DNA from: an uncultured Gemmatimonadales bacterium
GTDB lineage: Bacteria; Gemmatimonadota; Gemmatimonadetes; Gemmatimonadales; GWC2-71-9
Direction of reading: 5' to 3'
Length of the DNA: 64,000 nucleotides
Assembly: GCA_963795085.1 (NCBI GenBank)
Contig: CAWCFX010000006.1
Coordinates: 608,001 to 672,000 of the forward strand
Every line of letters begins with the position of its first letter. Position 1 is the stretch's first letter. The translations under genes were made by a program, and so were the position numbers. The notes under the pieces were generated by a model that was given only the letters and a program-made list of their open reading frames with translations, had not been told where the DNA came from and made no database searches. Shown piece by piece: positions 44,077 to 54,688 of this stretch.

Positions 44077-46210
44077 GGCGGGGCCCCGGCTTCCACATCC
44101 CGGCGCCCCCGGTGAAGGGGTTGTGGATGGGACAGTGCTCCTGGGGCTCGGTGCCCGGTATAAACGACTCGACGTAACGATCCTCGGCCGGACAGAACGG
44201 GGTGAAGCGGTACCCGGTCTTCCGGTCGATGGTGTCGAACGTCAGGCCTTCGGGGCGGGCCCAGTCGCGGGGGGCGGCCCGCCGCTCGTAGATCTCCCGC
44301 ATCATGCCGGTCCACGCCGGTGCGGCCAGCCGCCCGCCCTGCGCGTTGCTCATGATCCGCTGGCGCTGGTCCATGCCGATCCAGATGCCGGTGACGAGAT
44401 CGGGAGTGAATCCGACAAACCAGACATCGGCGTAGTCGTTGGTCGTGCCGGTCTTGCCGCCGGCCGGCAGGGTGAATCCGCCGCCCCGTACCGCGGAGTT
44501 GGCGGTGCCCCGGGAGACCACGTCTTTAAGCGCGTCGGTGATGAGGAACGCGTGCTCCGGCTCCATCACCCGCTCGGAGCGGGGCCGTGATTCCCAGACG
44601 ATGTCGCCCCGGGTGTCTTCCACCCGCAGGATCCCGATGGGCGCATTACGAACGCCGCCGTTGGCGAAGGCGGTGTAGGCCGCCACCAGTTCGAGCGGAA
44701 TGACCTCGGCGGACCCGATATAGATGGAAGGGTACGGCGGGATCCGGGTGGTGAGGCCGAACCGGGTGGCTTCGGCGATCACCGACGAGGGGCCCAGCTC
44801 CATGCCCAGCTTGATGGCAATGATATTGACCGATTGATAGAGCGCCTGGCGAAGCGTCATGGGGCCGTCGAATTTGCCGTCGTAGTTCTGGGGCTCCCAC
44901 GGTTGCTGGGTACTATCGGAATAGGGGACGACCAGCGGCTCGTCCACCATTACGGTCGAGAGGGGGTAGCCGGCCCGGATGGCGGCGGAATAGACGAACG
45001 GCTTGAAGGTGGAGCCGGGCTGCCGGCGGGCCTGGATAGCCCGGTTGAACTTGCTGTCGTTGAAGTCGCGACCGCCCACCATGGCCCGGATGTAGCCGGT
45101 CTTGGCTTCAATGGTGATCGCAAGGCCCTGCAGGTAGGGCGTCATGCTGCGGGCCTCGGTGCTGCCCGACTCGCCCTGCTTCCGGAGATAGTCGGCGTAG
45201 GTCTGGTGGGTGTATCGGCCCAGCCGCCCGCTTTCGATGGCTTCCAGCTGGGTTGCCAGGGAGCGCTCGGCGGCCTGCTGCATGTCCAGGTCGATGGTGG
45301 TGTAGATCCGCAGGCCCTGCCGGTACAGTCCAGACCCGAACTGGGCATCCATCACCTGGCGCACGTACTCGACGAAGTAGGGCGCCACGTCGCTGAAATC
45401 GGAGCGGGACGACAGGATCAGCGGGTAGGCCTTCCACGTCTCGGCCTCCTGCCGGGTCAGGTACCCGTCATCGCGGAGCAGGTTGATCACGACGTTCCGG
45501 CGCATGACCGCGCGGCGGGGATAGCGGCGGGGATTGTAGGACGACGGGGCCTTGGGCAGCGCGGCCAGCATGGCGGCTTCCGCCACGTTCACATCGCGCA
45601 CCGACTTCCCGAAGTAGCGCTGCGACGCGGCCTCCACACCATAGGCGCCGTTGCCGAGCCCGATCTGGTTGAGATACAGCTCGAGGATGCGTTCCTTGGA
45701 GTAGTTCTGTTCGATCTCGAAGGCGACCTGGGCCTCGCGGATCTTGCGCCGGAGGCTCCGGTCCCGGCCGCTGATGTTCTCGGGCCACAGGTTCCGGGCC
45801 AGTTGCATGGTGATGGTCGAGAAACCCTCGGCGAAGCGAAAGGCGAGCAGGTTGGCCTTGATGGCGCCGACGACCCGGATATAGTCCACGCCGCGGTGGC
45901 CGTAGAACCGCTTGTCCTCGGTGACGATGAACGCGGCGGTGACCGCGCCCGCCATCTGGTCCAGCGGGACGACGGTGCGCCGCTCCAGCCCGAAGTCGGT
46001 GATCAGCCTGCCGTCGGCGGCATAGACCTTGGAGGCCTGTTCCGGGCTGAAGACATCGGGGTTGAGGCCGGCGATCGAGGGGCAGGCGGCACCGGCACAG
46101 GCGCGCGTCCAAGCCCCGACGCCGAGCGCGAGCCCGAAACCCAGCACGGCGAGAAGGCCGACGGCGATATTGCCGCGGACCCGGGGATTGTGCAGCCAGG
46201 GGAACCGCAT
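44072..46210 (-). CDS. Class A penicillin-binding protein (PBP1A family), copy 1
   Basis: TG motifs EDKRFYGHRGVD, STITMQL and RKIRE. TP motifs STFK, SVN and KTGT. Confidence 0.95.
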   Translation of the reverse strand: MRFPWLHNPRVRGNIAVGLLAVLGFGLALGVGAWTRACAGAACPSIAGLNPDVFSPEQASKVYAADGRLITDFGLERRTVVPLDQMAGAVTAAFIVTEDKRFYGHRGVDYIRVVGAIKANLLAFRFAEGFSTITMQLARNLWPENISGRDRSLRRKIREAQVAFEIEQNYSKERILELYLNQIGLGNGAYGVEAASQRYFGKSVRDVNVAEAAMLAALPKAPSSYNPRRYPRRAVMRRNVVINLLRDDGYLTRQEAETWKAYPLILSSRSDFSDVAPYFVEYVRQVMDAQFGSGLYRQGLRIYTTIDLDMQQAAERSLATQLEAIESGRLGRYTHQTYADYLRKQGESGSTEARSMTPYLQGLAITIEAKTGYIRAMVGGRDFNDSKFNRAIQARRQPGSTFKPFVYSAAIRAGYPLSTVMVDEPLVVPYSDSTQQPWEPQNYDGKFDGPMTLRQALYQSVNIIAIKLGMELGPSSVIAEATRFGLTTRIPPYPSIYIGSAEVIPLELVAAYTAFANGGVRNAPIGILRVEDTRGDIVWESRPRSERVMEPEHAFLITDALKDVVSRGTANSAVRGGGFTLPAGGKTGTTNDYADVWFVGFTPDLVTGIWIGMDQRQRIMSNAQGGRLAAPAWTGMMREIYERRAAPRDWARPEGLTFDTIDRKTGYRFTPFCPAEDRYVESFIPGTEPQEHCPIHNPFTGGAGMWKPGPRH

Positions 46211-46237
46211 GCCGGAAAGCTAACGAGAGGCGCGGGG

Positions 46238-48391
46238 CTACGGGACTGTCTGCTCGAAGCTGGCCTCGGTGAGCAGGGGCGCCGGAGCATACATGGTGTG
46301 AAGCGGGCAATACTCCCGGGGTTCGGTGCCGAAGAGAAAGTACTCGCTGGCGCGGGCGGCGGGGGGACACTGGGCGGTGAAGAGATACCCGGTGCCGCGG
46401 TCGATCTCCAGCGTGGAAACACCGGGCGGCACCAGCCACTCTCCCGGGGCGGGGCGGTGCTGATAGACCTCTTTCATGATTGTGGTCCAGATCGGGGCGG
46501 CCAGTTTGCCGCCCTGGGCACCGGCCATGATGGGCTGCCGGCGGTCCATGCCGATCCATACCCCGGTGACGATGTCGGCAGTGAAGCCGATGTACCAGTT
46601 GTCGGCGTAGTCGTCGCTGGTGCCGGTCTTTCCCGCCGAGGGGTAGGGAAAGCCGGCTGCCGTCACCGCCCCGTAGGCGGTACCCCGGCGGACGACGTCG
46701 CGCAGCGCGTTGGTCATCAGCCAGGCCTGGGCCCGGTCCATGACATAGGATCGCTGGACCGCGGGCTCCCAGAGGATATTCCCCGCGGCATCCTCCACCC
46801 GCAGGATCGGGTTGGGCGCGGTACGTTCCCCTCCGTTCGCGAAGGCCGAGTACGCGCTCACCAGTTCGAGCGGGATCACTTCGGCCGTCCCCAGCACGAT
46901 GGACGGGTAGGCAGGGAGTTGCGTGGTGAGGCCGAACTGGCGGGCCTCGTGGATCACGTGGTTGAGCCCCAGATCCATGGCCAGCCGCACCGTGGCCGCG
47001 TTGCGGGAACGATACAGCGCTTCCCTGATGGTGATGGCGCCCTGGAAGGCGTAATCCGAGTTGTTGGGCGACCAGTCGGGTTCCCCCACCCGGGTGGCGC
47101 GGATCGTCACGGGTTCGTCATCCACCAGCCGGCTCAGGGGGTCGCCGTGGCGCACCGCCGCCGAGTACACAAATGGCTTGAAGGCGGACCCCGCCTGCCG
47201 CCGGCTCTGCACCGCGCGGTTGAACTTGCTGGTCTGGAAGTCACGGCCTCCCACCATCGCGAGAATGCGGCCGGTGCGGACTTCCTGGACGATGACCATG
47301 CCCTGAAGAAAGGGCGACGCCCCCGGGTGCTCGCCGGCGGGAGCGGATTCCAGGTAGGCCCGGTAGGAGGCCCGGGAGTAACGGCCGAACTTGCCCCGCT
47401 CGATCGCGTCGAGCTGTGAGGCCAGGCCCCGCTCGGCGGTGCGCTGGATGGCCGGGTCGAGCGTGGTATGGACCCGGAGCCCGCCGACGCCGAGTTGCTC
47501 CCCGAACCGGCGCTCCACCAGCTGGCGAACGTACTGGACGAAATAAGGGGCGAGGGCGGGCTCTTCAGCGGCCGGGCGCAGCCCCAGGGGCAGGGCCTTC
47601 CAGGCCACCGCCTGCCCGGCGGTCAGGTGCCCGTCGCGGCGCAACAGGTCGATCACCAGGTTGCGTCGGGCCCGGGCCCGCTCCGGGAAGCGCCTCGGGT
47701 TGTAATAGCTCGGCCCCTTGGGAAGCGCGGCCAGCAGGGCAGCTTCCGCCACGTTGAGATCCGCCGCCGACTTGCCAAAGAACGAACGGGCCGCCGGTTC
47801 AACCCCGAAGATCTCGCCCCCCAGCGGGATCTGGTTAAGGTAGAGCTCGAGAATGCGATCCTTGGTATAGCGCTTTTCAATCCGGTAGGCGACCTGGACC
47901 TCGCGCATCTTGCGGGTAAAGGTGCGACTGCGGCCGTTGATCGCATCCGGCCACAGGTTGCGGGCCAGCTGCATGGTGACGGTCGAGCCGCCCTCCTTCA
48001 GCCGGCCGGTCACCACGTTGGTGCCGAACGCCCCGAGGACCCGCAGGTAGTCCACGCCGTCGTGGCGGTAGAAACGGCGGTCCTCGGTCGCGAGGAACGC
48101 CTGTTTGAGCACCGGAGACATTTCGGCCAGCGGCATGAACGTCCGCCGCTCGCTGCCGACCCGGGCCAGGAGCGAGCCATCGGCAGCCAGGATATGGGAG
48201 GTCTGGCGGAGGGGGAGCGGTCCCAGGTTGTCGGTCCGCGGGCAGGCATTGCCGTCGCAGGCCCGGAACCATGCGCCCAGCAGGAGGGCGTAGCCGGCCG
48301 CGACCATCGCCATGACGACCAGCGCGGCCTTGATGCCGCGGCGCCGCTCGCCCTGCCAGAGCAACTGCCGGATGACGCTCCAGGTGTCCAT
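46238..48391 (-). CDS. Class A penicillin-binding protein (PBP1A family), copy 2
   Basis: EDRRFYRHDGVD, GGSTVTMQL, RKMRE, SAFK, SRN and KTGT. Start at ATG 48391. Confidence 0.95.
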   Translation of the reverse strand: MDTWSVIRQLLWQGERRRGIKAALVVMAMVAAGYALLLGAWFRACDGNACPRTDNLGPLPLRQTSHILAADGSLLARVGSERRTFMPLAEMSPVLKQAFLATEDRRFYRHDGVDYLRVLGAFGTNVVTGRLKEGGSTVTMQLARNLWPDAINGRSRTFTRKMREVQVAYRIEKRYTKDRILELYLNQIPLGGEIFGVEPAARSFFGKSAADLNVAEAALLAALPKGPSYYNPRRFPERARARRNLVIDLLRRDGHLTAGQAVAWKALPLGLRPAAEEPALAPYFVQYVRQLVERRFGEQLGVGGLRVHTTLDPAIQRTAERGLASQLDAIERGKFGRYSRASYRAYLESAPAGEHPGASPFLQGMVIVQEVRTGRILAMVGGRDFQTSKFNRAVQSRRQAGSAFKPFVYSAAVRHGDPLSRLVDDEPVTIRATRVGEPDWSPNNSDYAFQGAITIREALYRSRNAATVRLAMDLGLNHVIHEARQFGLTTQLPAYPSIVLGTAEVIPLELVSAYSAFANGGERTAPNPILRVEDAAGNILWEPAVQRSYVMDRAQAWLMTNALRDVVRRGTAYGAVTAAGFPYPSAGKTGTSDDYADNWYIGFTADIVTGVWIGMDRRQPIMAGAQGGKLAAPIWTTIMKEVYQHRPAPGEWLVPPGVSTLEIDRGTGYLFTAQCPPAARASEYFLFGTEPREYCPLHTMYAPAPLLTEASFEQTVP

Positions 48392-48454
48392 GGCAGACGA
48401 TAGATCCCGGCCGGGGGTACGAATAGGACCCAAGTCACCATTACCTTTGGCGCA

Positions 48455-49711
48455 ATGGCCAATCTCCTCGACACCCTGACCGCGCGCGGATTTGTCCACG
48501 ATGCCACCCCCGGCCTCGCCGAGCGGCTCGCGGCCGGGCCCATCGCGGGTTATGTCGGTTTTGACCCGACCGCGCCATCGCTGCACGTGGGCAACCTGGT
48601 GCCGGTCATGGGCCTGTCCTGGCTGCAACGGCTCGGGGGAACCCCGATCATCCTGGTCGGTGGCGGCACCGGCCTGGTGGGCGACCCCAGCGGCAAACGG
48701 GCCGAGCGGCCGGTGCTCCCGGTGGAACAGGTGGACGCCAACACCGACGCCATCCGGCGGCAGCTCACCAGCTTTCTCGACTTCGAAGGAGCCGCGGCGG
48801 CCCGCATGCTCGACAACGGGGACTGGCTGCGATCCATCACGCTGATGGATTTCCTGCGGGACACCGGCAAGCACTTTACCCTGAACTACATGCTGCAGAA
48901 GGAGTCGGTCCGGTCCCGGATGGACACCGGCATCTCCTTCACCGAGTTCAGCTACATGCTGGTGCAGGCCTATGACTTCTGGCACCTGTGCCGCACCTGG
49001 CAGTGCGAACTGCAGATGGGCGGCAGCGACCAGTGGGGCAACATTACGGCGGGCATCGAGTTGATCTCCCGGCGGGAGCAGCGGGCGGCCCATGGCCTGG
49101 TGTTCCCCCTGCTGACCACCGCCGGCGGCGCCAAGTTCGGCAAGAGCGAGGACGGCAACGTCTGGCTCGACCCGGAACGGACTTCACCGTACCAGTTCTA
49201 CCAGTTCTGGCTCAATACCGACGACCGGGACGTGGAGCGGCTGCTGAAGTTCTTCACCTTCCTTCCGTTGGAGACCATCGAAGAAATCGTCATGGTCCAC
49301 CAGGGAGACCCGGGCCAGCGCCACGCCCAGCGGATCCTGGCCGAGGAGGTCACCGCGCGAGTCCACGGCAGTAGCACCAAGGACCGGGTGGTCGAGGCCA
49401 GCAAGGCGCTGTTCCAGGGCGGGGCCGGTGCGGCCGCGGACCTGTTACCCGAGATGCCGGAATGCGTGATTACAGCCGGCGAGTTCGGCCAGGGCATGTC
49501 CGTGGTGGACATCCTGGTCCGCTCCGGCCTGGCAACCTCCAAGAGCGACGCGCGCCGGGGGATCCAGGGCAAGGGGTTTTATCTCAACGGGGACCCGGTG
49601 GCCGAAGTCGAACGGATCGTCTTGCTCGCGGATCTCCAGGCGGCGGGTGGAAAGCAGGTCGCGACGCTGCGCAAGGGGAAGAAGAACTACGTCAAGCTGG
49701 TGGTGGAATAG
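48455..49711 (+). CDS. tyrS: Tyrosine--tRNA ligase
   Basis: [31 protein letters not shown] and C-terminal S4-like domain ending RKGKKNY. Confidence 0.97.
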   Translation: MANLLDTLTARGFVHDATPGLAERLAAGPIAGYVGFDPTAPSLHVGNLVPVMGLSWLQRLGGTPIILVGGGTGLVGDPSGKRAERPVLPVEQVDANTDAIRRQLTSFLDFEGAAAARMLDNGDWLRSITLMDFLRDTGKHFTLNYMLQKESVRSRMDTGISFTEFSYMLVQAYDFWHLCRTWQCELQMGGSDQWGNITAGIELISRREQRAAHGLVFPLLTTAGGAKFGKSEDGNVWLDPERTSPYQFYQFWLNTDDRDVERLLKFFTFLPLETIEEIVMVHQGDPGQRHAQRILAEEVTARVHGSSTKDRVVEASKALFQGGAGAAADLLPEMPECVITAGEFGQGMSVVDILVRSGLATSKSDARRGIQGKGFYLNGDPVAEVERIVLLADLQAAGGKQVATLRKGKKNYVKLVVE

Positions 49712-49713
49712 CC

Positions 49714-51258
49714 ATGGCCGGATTCCAGGAGTCCCTGGCGGCGGGGTATGGGTTTTCCGAGCCGGCCCTCGTCCTGGGGGCGGCACTCGAGAGCGGCACG
49801 GTCTACCCCGAGCCCAAGGTGCGCATCCCGCTGTCCATGCTCAATCGCCACGGCCTGGTGGCCGGCGCCACCGGCACCGGAAAGACCAAGACCCTGCAAC
49901 TGATGGCCGAGCAGTGTTCGGCCCAGGGCATTCCGGTATTCGTGGCCGACATCAAGGGCGATCTGTCCGGCCTGGCCGCCCCGGGGGAACCCGGCAGCCG
50001 GATCACGGCCCGCGCCGACAGCGTCGGTTACCAGTGGACCCCCGGGGGAGTGCCGGTGGAGTTCGTGAGCCTCACCGGCGACCTGGGGGTCCAGCTCCGG
50101 GCCTCGGTCAGCGGTTTCGGCCCCCTGCTCCTCGCCAAGGTGCTCTCCCTGAACGAGACGCAGACCAGCGTGCTCGCGCTGGTCTTCAAGTACTGTGACG
50201 ACCAGCAGCTCCCCCTGCTCGACTTTGCCGATCTCCGGGCGGTGCTGCAGTACCTGACCTCGGACGAGGGCAAGGCCGGCCTGGCGGACTACGGGGGGAT
50301 GTCTTCCTCGACCGTCGGCGTCCTCCTTCGCAAGATGATCGAGCTGGAGGCCCAGGGGGCCGACCGGTTCTTCGGGGAACCGGAGTTCGACGTGCAGGAC
50401 CTGATGGCGGTGACCCCGGATGGGCGCGGCGTGGTGACGGCGCTCGAGCTCGCGGACATTCCCGACAAGCCGATGCTCTTCTCCACTTTCATGATGTGGC
50501 TGCTGGCCGAACTGTACCAGAACCTCCCCGAAGCGGGCGACCTGGCGAAGCCGAAGCTGGTGTTCTTTTTCGACGAGGCCCACCTGCTCTTCCGGGACGC
50601 CTCCAAGGCGTTCCTCGACCAGATCGAACAGGTCATCCGGCTGATCCGCTCGAAGGGCGTCGGCGTTTTCTTCGTGACCCAGACCCCGAAGGACGTGCCG
50701 GACGAGGTGCTGGCCCAGCTGGGGCACCGGGTGCAGCATGCCCTCCGCGCCCATACCCCGGACGACGAGAAGGCGCTGCGGGCCACGGTCCGGACCTTTC
50801 CGAAAACCGATTTCTACGACCTGGCCGAGACGCTGACCAGCCTGGGCATCGGAGAAGCGGTGGTCACCGTGCTCAACCCCCGCGGGGTGCCCACGCCGGT
50901 GGTCGCCGCCCGGCTCATCCCGCCCGGCTCCCGCATGGCGCCGCTCACGCCGGAGGAGCTGGCCGCGGATATTCGCCAGTCGGACCTGCTGGCGGAATAC
51001 GGGAAAGCCGTGGACCGCGAGAGCGCCCGCGAAATGCTGGCGGACCGCATGGCGCGCACCGCGCCCGCACGGCAGCTCGAGGAGGAACCCGCCCGCCGGG
51101 CGCCGAAAGGGCGGGCCCGGATGGGGGCGGGAGAAAAAATACTGGGGTCGCTCTCCAACACCATCGGCCGGACGGTCGGCCGGGAGGTCATCCGGGGTCT
51201 CTTCGGGCTGCTCGGCGTCAAACCGCCCCGGACAACCCGGCGTCGGCGACGCTGGTAG
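49714..51258 (+). CDS. DUF853/YjgR-type HerA-like P-loop ATPase
   Basis: NRHGLVAGATGTGKT, FFFDEAHLLF, LIRSKGVGVFFVTQ and RVQHALRA. Confidence 0.9.
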   Translation: MAGFQESLAAGYGFSEPALVLGAALESGTVYPEPKVRIPLSMLNRHGLVAGATGTGKTKTLQLMAEQCSAQGIPVFVADIKGDLSGLAAPGEPGSRITARADSVGYQWTPGGVPVEFVSLTGDLGVQLRASVSGFGPLLLAKVLSLNETQTSVLALVFKYCDDQQLPLLDFADLRAVLQYLTSDEGKAGLADYGGMSSSTVGVLLRKMIELEAQGADRFFGEPEFDVQDLMAVTPDGRGVVTALELADIPDKPMLFSTFMMWLLAELYQNLPEAGDLAKPKLVFFFDEAHLLFRDASKAFLDQIEQVIRLIRSKGVGVFFVTQTPKDVPDEVLAQLGHRVQHALRAHTPDDEKALRATVRTFPKTDFYDLAETLTSLGIGEAVVTVLNPRGVPTPVVAARLIPPGSRMAPLTPEELAADIRQSDLLAEYGKAVDRESAREMLADRMARTAPARQLEEEPARRAPKGRARMGAGEKILGSLSNTIGRTVGREVIRGLFGLLGVKPPRTTRRRRRW

Positions 51259-51306
51259 GAATCATCTTTGAGGTTATGAAGTCTTCGTTCGCGTTTTCGT
51301 GTCTTA

Positions 51307-52566
51307 TCAGGGCCAGGCTGCAGCACCATCTCGATCGCCCGCTTTCCCTTCGATGACCCCCCGATACACCTCCACCAGATCATCGTTCAGCTTCTCGACA
51401 TCGTACTCGGTTTCGACCAGGCGGCGGCCGGCGTCCTGGATCGAGGCCCAGGTCTCCGGGTGATCCTGGAGCTGCCGGAGTGCCCGGGCCAGGCCCGCCG
51501 GGTCGCGCTCGTCGGCCAGGGCGCCGGTGACGCCGTCCTTCACCATCTCCGGAATTCCGGCATGCCGGGTGCCCACCACGATGAGCCCCAGCGCCATGCC
51601 TTCCTTGATGACATTGGGAATGCCCTCCTGGTCCCCGGTGGAGGCAGTCACACTGGGCACCAGCATGACATGCGCCGGCCGCAGGATGCCGGGGAGCGTG
51701 TCCTGGCCCTGGGCGCCCAGGAAACGGACCCGGTCGCCCAGGTCCAGTCGCGCGGCCAGGTTCTCCAGGCTGGAGCGCAGCGGGCCGTCTCCCACAATGT
51801 CGTAGGTCGCCGCGATGCCTTCCCGCCCCAGCTGGGCCATCGCGGCCAGCGCGTCTTCGATGCCCTTCTTCTCCACCAGCCGCCCCACCGTCACCAGTCG
51901 AAGGGGCCGGGCGGGGATCCGGGGCTGGTACGCGAACAGGCCGAGATCGATCCCGGTGCGCATCACCACGATCTTGCTCCGGGGACATCCCATCGCTTCG
52001 AGGCGCCGGCCGAAGTAGCTGCTCACCGGGAGAAACAGGTCGCCTTCGCGGAACAGGGCCTGGTACATGCCAGGGCCGCGGGCATGAATGAACTTGCTGA
52101 CGTCGGCGCCCTGGATCGCGGTGACCAGCCGGCCCTGGATGGCGCCCAGCCGCTTCATCCGGAGCGCCCGCCGGCCCTCCTGCCCGAATCCGCCGTGGAT
52201 GATATCGTAGGCCCCAGGGGGGATGAACGCCGAGGCTTCGTGGGCCAGTCTTCCGGTAAGACCGCGGGGACCCCAGCGGGGGTGCAGGGTGCGGAGCAGG
52301 ACCCGGCGGCTCGGGCCGGTGGCTTCCCGGATCAGGGCCGCAGCCCCGCGCCAGCGCTGCCACTGGGTGGGCGGCGACGGCCGCACCCAGTGCGCGCGGG
52401 GAAACAGGTCGTAGCGGTCGATACTCGGGTGGTAGGGTCCCGGGGTCCGGGGCCGGTCGCCGAAGATATCCACCTCGTGGCCCCGCTTGATGAGCCCGGT
52501 GATCTGGTTCAGCACCGGCGTCTCGGACAGCATGGGGAAAAGCCCCGGGATGTAGGCGATCCGCAT
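51307..52566 (-). CDS. Glycosyltransferase family 4 (WcaL-like)
   Basis: FPMLSETPVLNQITGL, VGRLVEKKG and PSVTASTGDQEGIP. Confidence 0.9.
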   Translation of the reverse strand: MRIAYIPGLFPMLSETPVLNQITGLIKRGHEVDIFGDRPRTPGPYHPSIDRYDLFPRAHWVRPSPPTQWQRWRGAAALIREATGPSRRVLLRTLHPRWGPRGLTGRLAHEASAFIPPGAYDIIHGGFGQEGRRALRMKRLGAIQGRLVTAIQGADVSKFIHARGPGMYQALFREGDLFLPVSSYFGRRLEAMGCPRSKIVVMRTGIDLGLFAYQPRIPARPLRLVTVGRLVEKKGIEDALAAMAQLGREGIAATYDIVGDGPLRSSLENLAARLDLGDRVRFLGAQGQDTLPGILRPAHVMLVPSVTASTGDQEGIPNVIKEGMALGLIVVGTRHAGIPEMVKDGVTGALADERDPAGLARALRQLQDHPETWASIQDAGRRLVETEYDVEKLNDDLVEVYRGVIEGKAGDRDGAAAWP

Positions 52567-52571
52567 AGTGG

Positions 52572-53714
52572 TCAGCGAATCTTGCGGAGCACGTCCACGA
52601 CCCTGGCCATGTCCTCCACGGTGTTGTAGCAGTGCGGGCTCAGGCGGATGGCGCCTTCTCGGAGGCTGGCGATCACGTCGGCGCGGCGAAGTGCCTGGTG
52701 GGCGCGGGCGGCATCCGGCGGCGCGACACAGAGGATACCGGAGCCGTGTGTCCCGCGCGGAGAGGTCACCGGGATCCCGTCCCGCTCGGCCCATTCGAGC
52801 ACCGGGGCGTGCAGGGAGAGGATGTGGCGATGAATCGCGGCGGGGTCCAGGGAGAGGACCAGTTCCAGCGACACCCGGAACCCTTCCATGTCCTGGTACG
52901 GCAGCGTGATCATTTCGAAGCGGCGGGCATTGGACCGCAGCCGGTCGCTGTAACTGGTGAGCCGGGTAAAGTCGTCGGTGCCCTCGTAGGCCATCCACCC
53001 CGTGACCGGCGGGTGAAATCGCTCGATGAGGTCCCGCCGCACGTACATGAACCCGGAGCCCCACGGTGACAGCAGCCACTTCTGGCCCCCACAGGCGAGC
53101 ACGTCCACCGGTGCGCGCGATACGTCCACCGGCACCTGGCCGAGCGCCTGCATCGCGTCCACGATGAGATAGGTCCCGGTGGCGCGGGTTTCCCGGGAGA
53201 GCCGGTCGAGGTTGAACTGGAACCCGTTGCTGAACTGGACCAGCGAGACGCTGAGTACCCGGACCCGGGGGTCGGCCAGGCGGCTCACGAGCCGGTCCTC
53301 GTCGGGCCATCCTTGGGGAGTCACCGGCACCAGCTCCAGGGTCACGCCCAGCTCGCGGAGGCCCACCCAGGGATAGACGTTGGCGGGAAACTCCCGGTCG
53401 CTGGCCAGCACGATATCGCCGGACCGGAGTCCCGTCATGCGCGCCGCCAGTCCCAGCCCGAACGTGGTATTGGTGGTGAGGGCGATCTCCTCCGCATCGG
53501 CGTTGATGAGCCGGGCGGCGAGGGCCCGGCATTGGTCCAGCATCGCGAAGATCATCTCGTCGCTGAGGGTATGCGGCAGCATCCGCCTGCGGTTGAACTC
53601 CTCGAGGGCGCGCACGGTGCGAACCGGCAGCGGTCCCGTGCTGGCGTGATTCAGGTAGGTGGTGCGCGCGCTCCAGGGAAATTCATCGCGGCGCAGGGAC
53701 TCGGGGTTGAACAT
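52572..53714 (-). CDS. Class V PLP-dependent aminotransferase / cysteine-desulfurase-like protein
   Basis: YLNHAS, EFPAN, VDAMQ, GGQKWLLSPWG and IRLSPH.YN. Confidence 0.9.
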   Translation of the reverse strand: MFNPESLRRDEFPWSARTTYLNHASTGPLPVRTVRALEEFNRRRMLPHTLSDEMIFAMLDQCRALAARLINADAEEIALTTNTTFGLGLAARMTGLRSGDIVLASDREFPANVYPWVGLRELGVTLELVPVTPQGWPDEDRLVSRLADPRVRVLSVSLVQFSNGFQFNLDRLSRETRATGTYLIVDAMQALGQVPVDVSRAPVDVLACGGQKWLLSPWGSGFMYVRRDLIERFHPPVTGWMAYEGTDDFTRLTSYSDRLRSNARRFEMITLPYQDMEGFRVSLELVLSLDPAAIHRHILSLHAPVLEWAERDGIPVTSPRGTHGSGILCVAPPDAARAHQALRRADVIASLREGAIRLSPHCYNTVEDMARVVDVLRKIR

Positions 53715-53756
53715 TTCAGGTTGCGGATTTCAGATTGAAGATGGGCGGCGGGGCGG

Positions 53757-54641
53757 CTAGCGGCCCCGGAGGCGGGGGTCCCAGCCTTCGCGAATCGCGT
53801 CACCCAGGAGGTTGAATCCCAGCACGGCAACCCCGATGGCCATGCCCGGCGCGAAGGATACCCAGGGCGCCACCCGGAGCAGGTCCCTGCCCTCGGCGAC
53901 CATGGACCCCCAGCTGGGGGTGGGGGGCTGGGCGCCGAGGCCGATGAACGAGAGCGCCGCCTCCGCCATGATGGCCGCCGCCATGCCCAGCGTAGCGGCA
54001 ACGATGACCTGGGCCCGCACGTTGGGCAGCAGGTGGCGCAGCAGGATGGACCGGTCTCGCGCGCCGAGGGCCCGTGCGGCGGTCACATACTCGGCACTCC
54101 GGAGAATCAGCACCTGGCCCCTGACCAGCCGGGCCATCCCGGCCCAGCCGACGGCGCCGATAATGATGAAGACCACCAGCAGCGTGGGCTGCACCGCGGC
54201 CGCCACCGCAATCAGTAGGAGCAGGGTGGGAAATGCGAGGGTCACGTCGGCCAGCCGCATGATCAGCGCGTCCACCCACCGGCCGTAGTAGCCGGAGAGC
54301 AGGCCCAGGGTGACGCCGAGGGTGACCGCCACCGCCTGGGAGACCAGGCCCACGGCGAGGGAGATGCGGGCGCCGTAGAGGACCCGGCTCAGGACATCAC
54401 GGCCCTGGCTGTCGGTTCCCAGCGGGTATTGCCCCCCCGGCGGCGTGAGATATGCATCCCGGAGGTTGCCCGCGTAGGGATCGTGGGGAGAGAGCAGGGG
54501 CGCCAGGACCGCGGCAATGACCACCGCGGCCACCAGTACGGCGCCCAGCTGAAACAGCCGGTCGCGGCGGAACACGCCCAGTGCGGCCCGGCCGGCGGCA
54601 AGCGTCGCGGTGTCGGAAGTCAGCGGTTCGGTGGCGGTCAT
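53757..54641 (-). CDS. Peptide/nickel ABC transporter permease (DppC/OppC family)
   Basis: LGTDSQGRDVLSRVLYGARISL, EAA loop EYVTAARALGA, LSFIGLG and PSWG. Confidence 0.93.
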   Translation of the reverse strand: MTATEPLTSDTATLAAGRAALGVFRRDRLFQLGAVLVAAVVIAAVLAPLLSPHDPYAGNLRDAYLTPPGGQYPLGTDSQGRDVLSRVLYGARISLAVGLVSQAVAVTLGVTLGLLSGYYGRWVDALIMRLADVTLAFPTLLLLIAVAAAVQPTLLVVFIIIGAVGWAGMARLVRGQVLILRSAEYVTAARALGARDRSILLRHLLPNVRAQVIVAATLGMAAAIMAEAALSFIGLGAQPPTPSWGSMVAEGRDLLRVAPWVSFAPGMAIGVAVLGFNLLGDAIREGWDPRLRGR

Positions 54642-54688
54642 AGATTGAAAAGCTAGCGGGAAGGTAAGAGAAACCCGGCGAAAACGAT

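Noticed and set aside
44834..47419. Long antisense ORFs (also 5765-7789, 30524-32077, 37601-39124, 4123-5880 and many others)
   Set aside because: They are shadow frames opposite well-supported genes, are Arg/Pro/Gly-rich with no motifs, and are expected at this GC content.
41717..51258. HNH nuclease plus HerA-like ATPase as an anti-phage defence system
   Set aside because: They are 7.4 kb apart on opposite strands, separated by housekeeping genes. The ATPase is the common DUF853 type.
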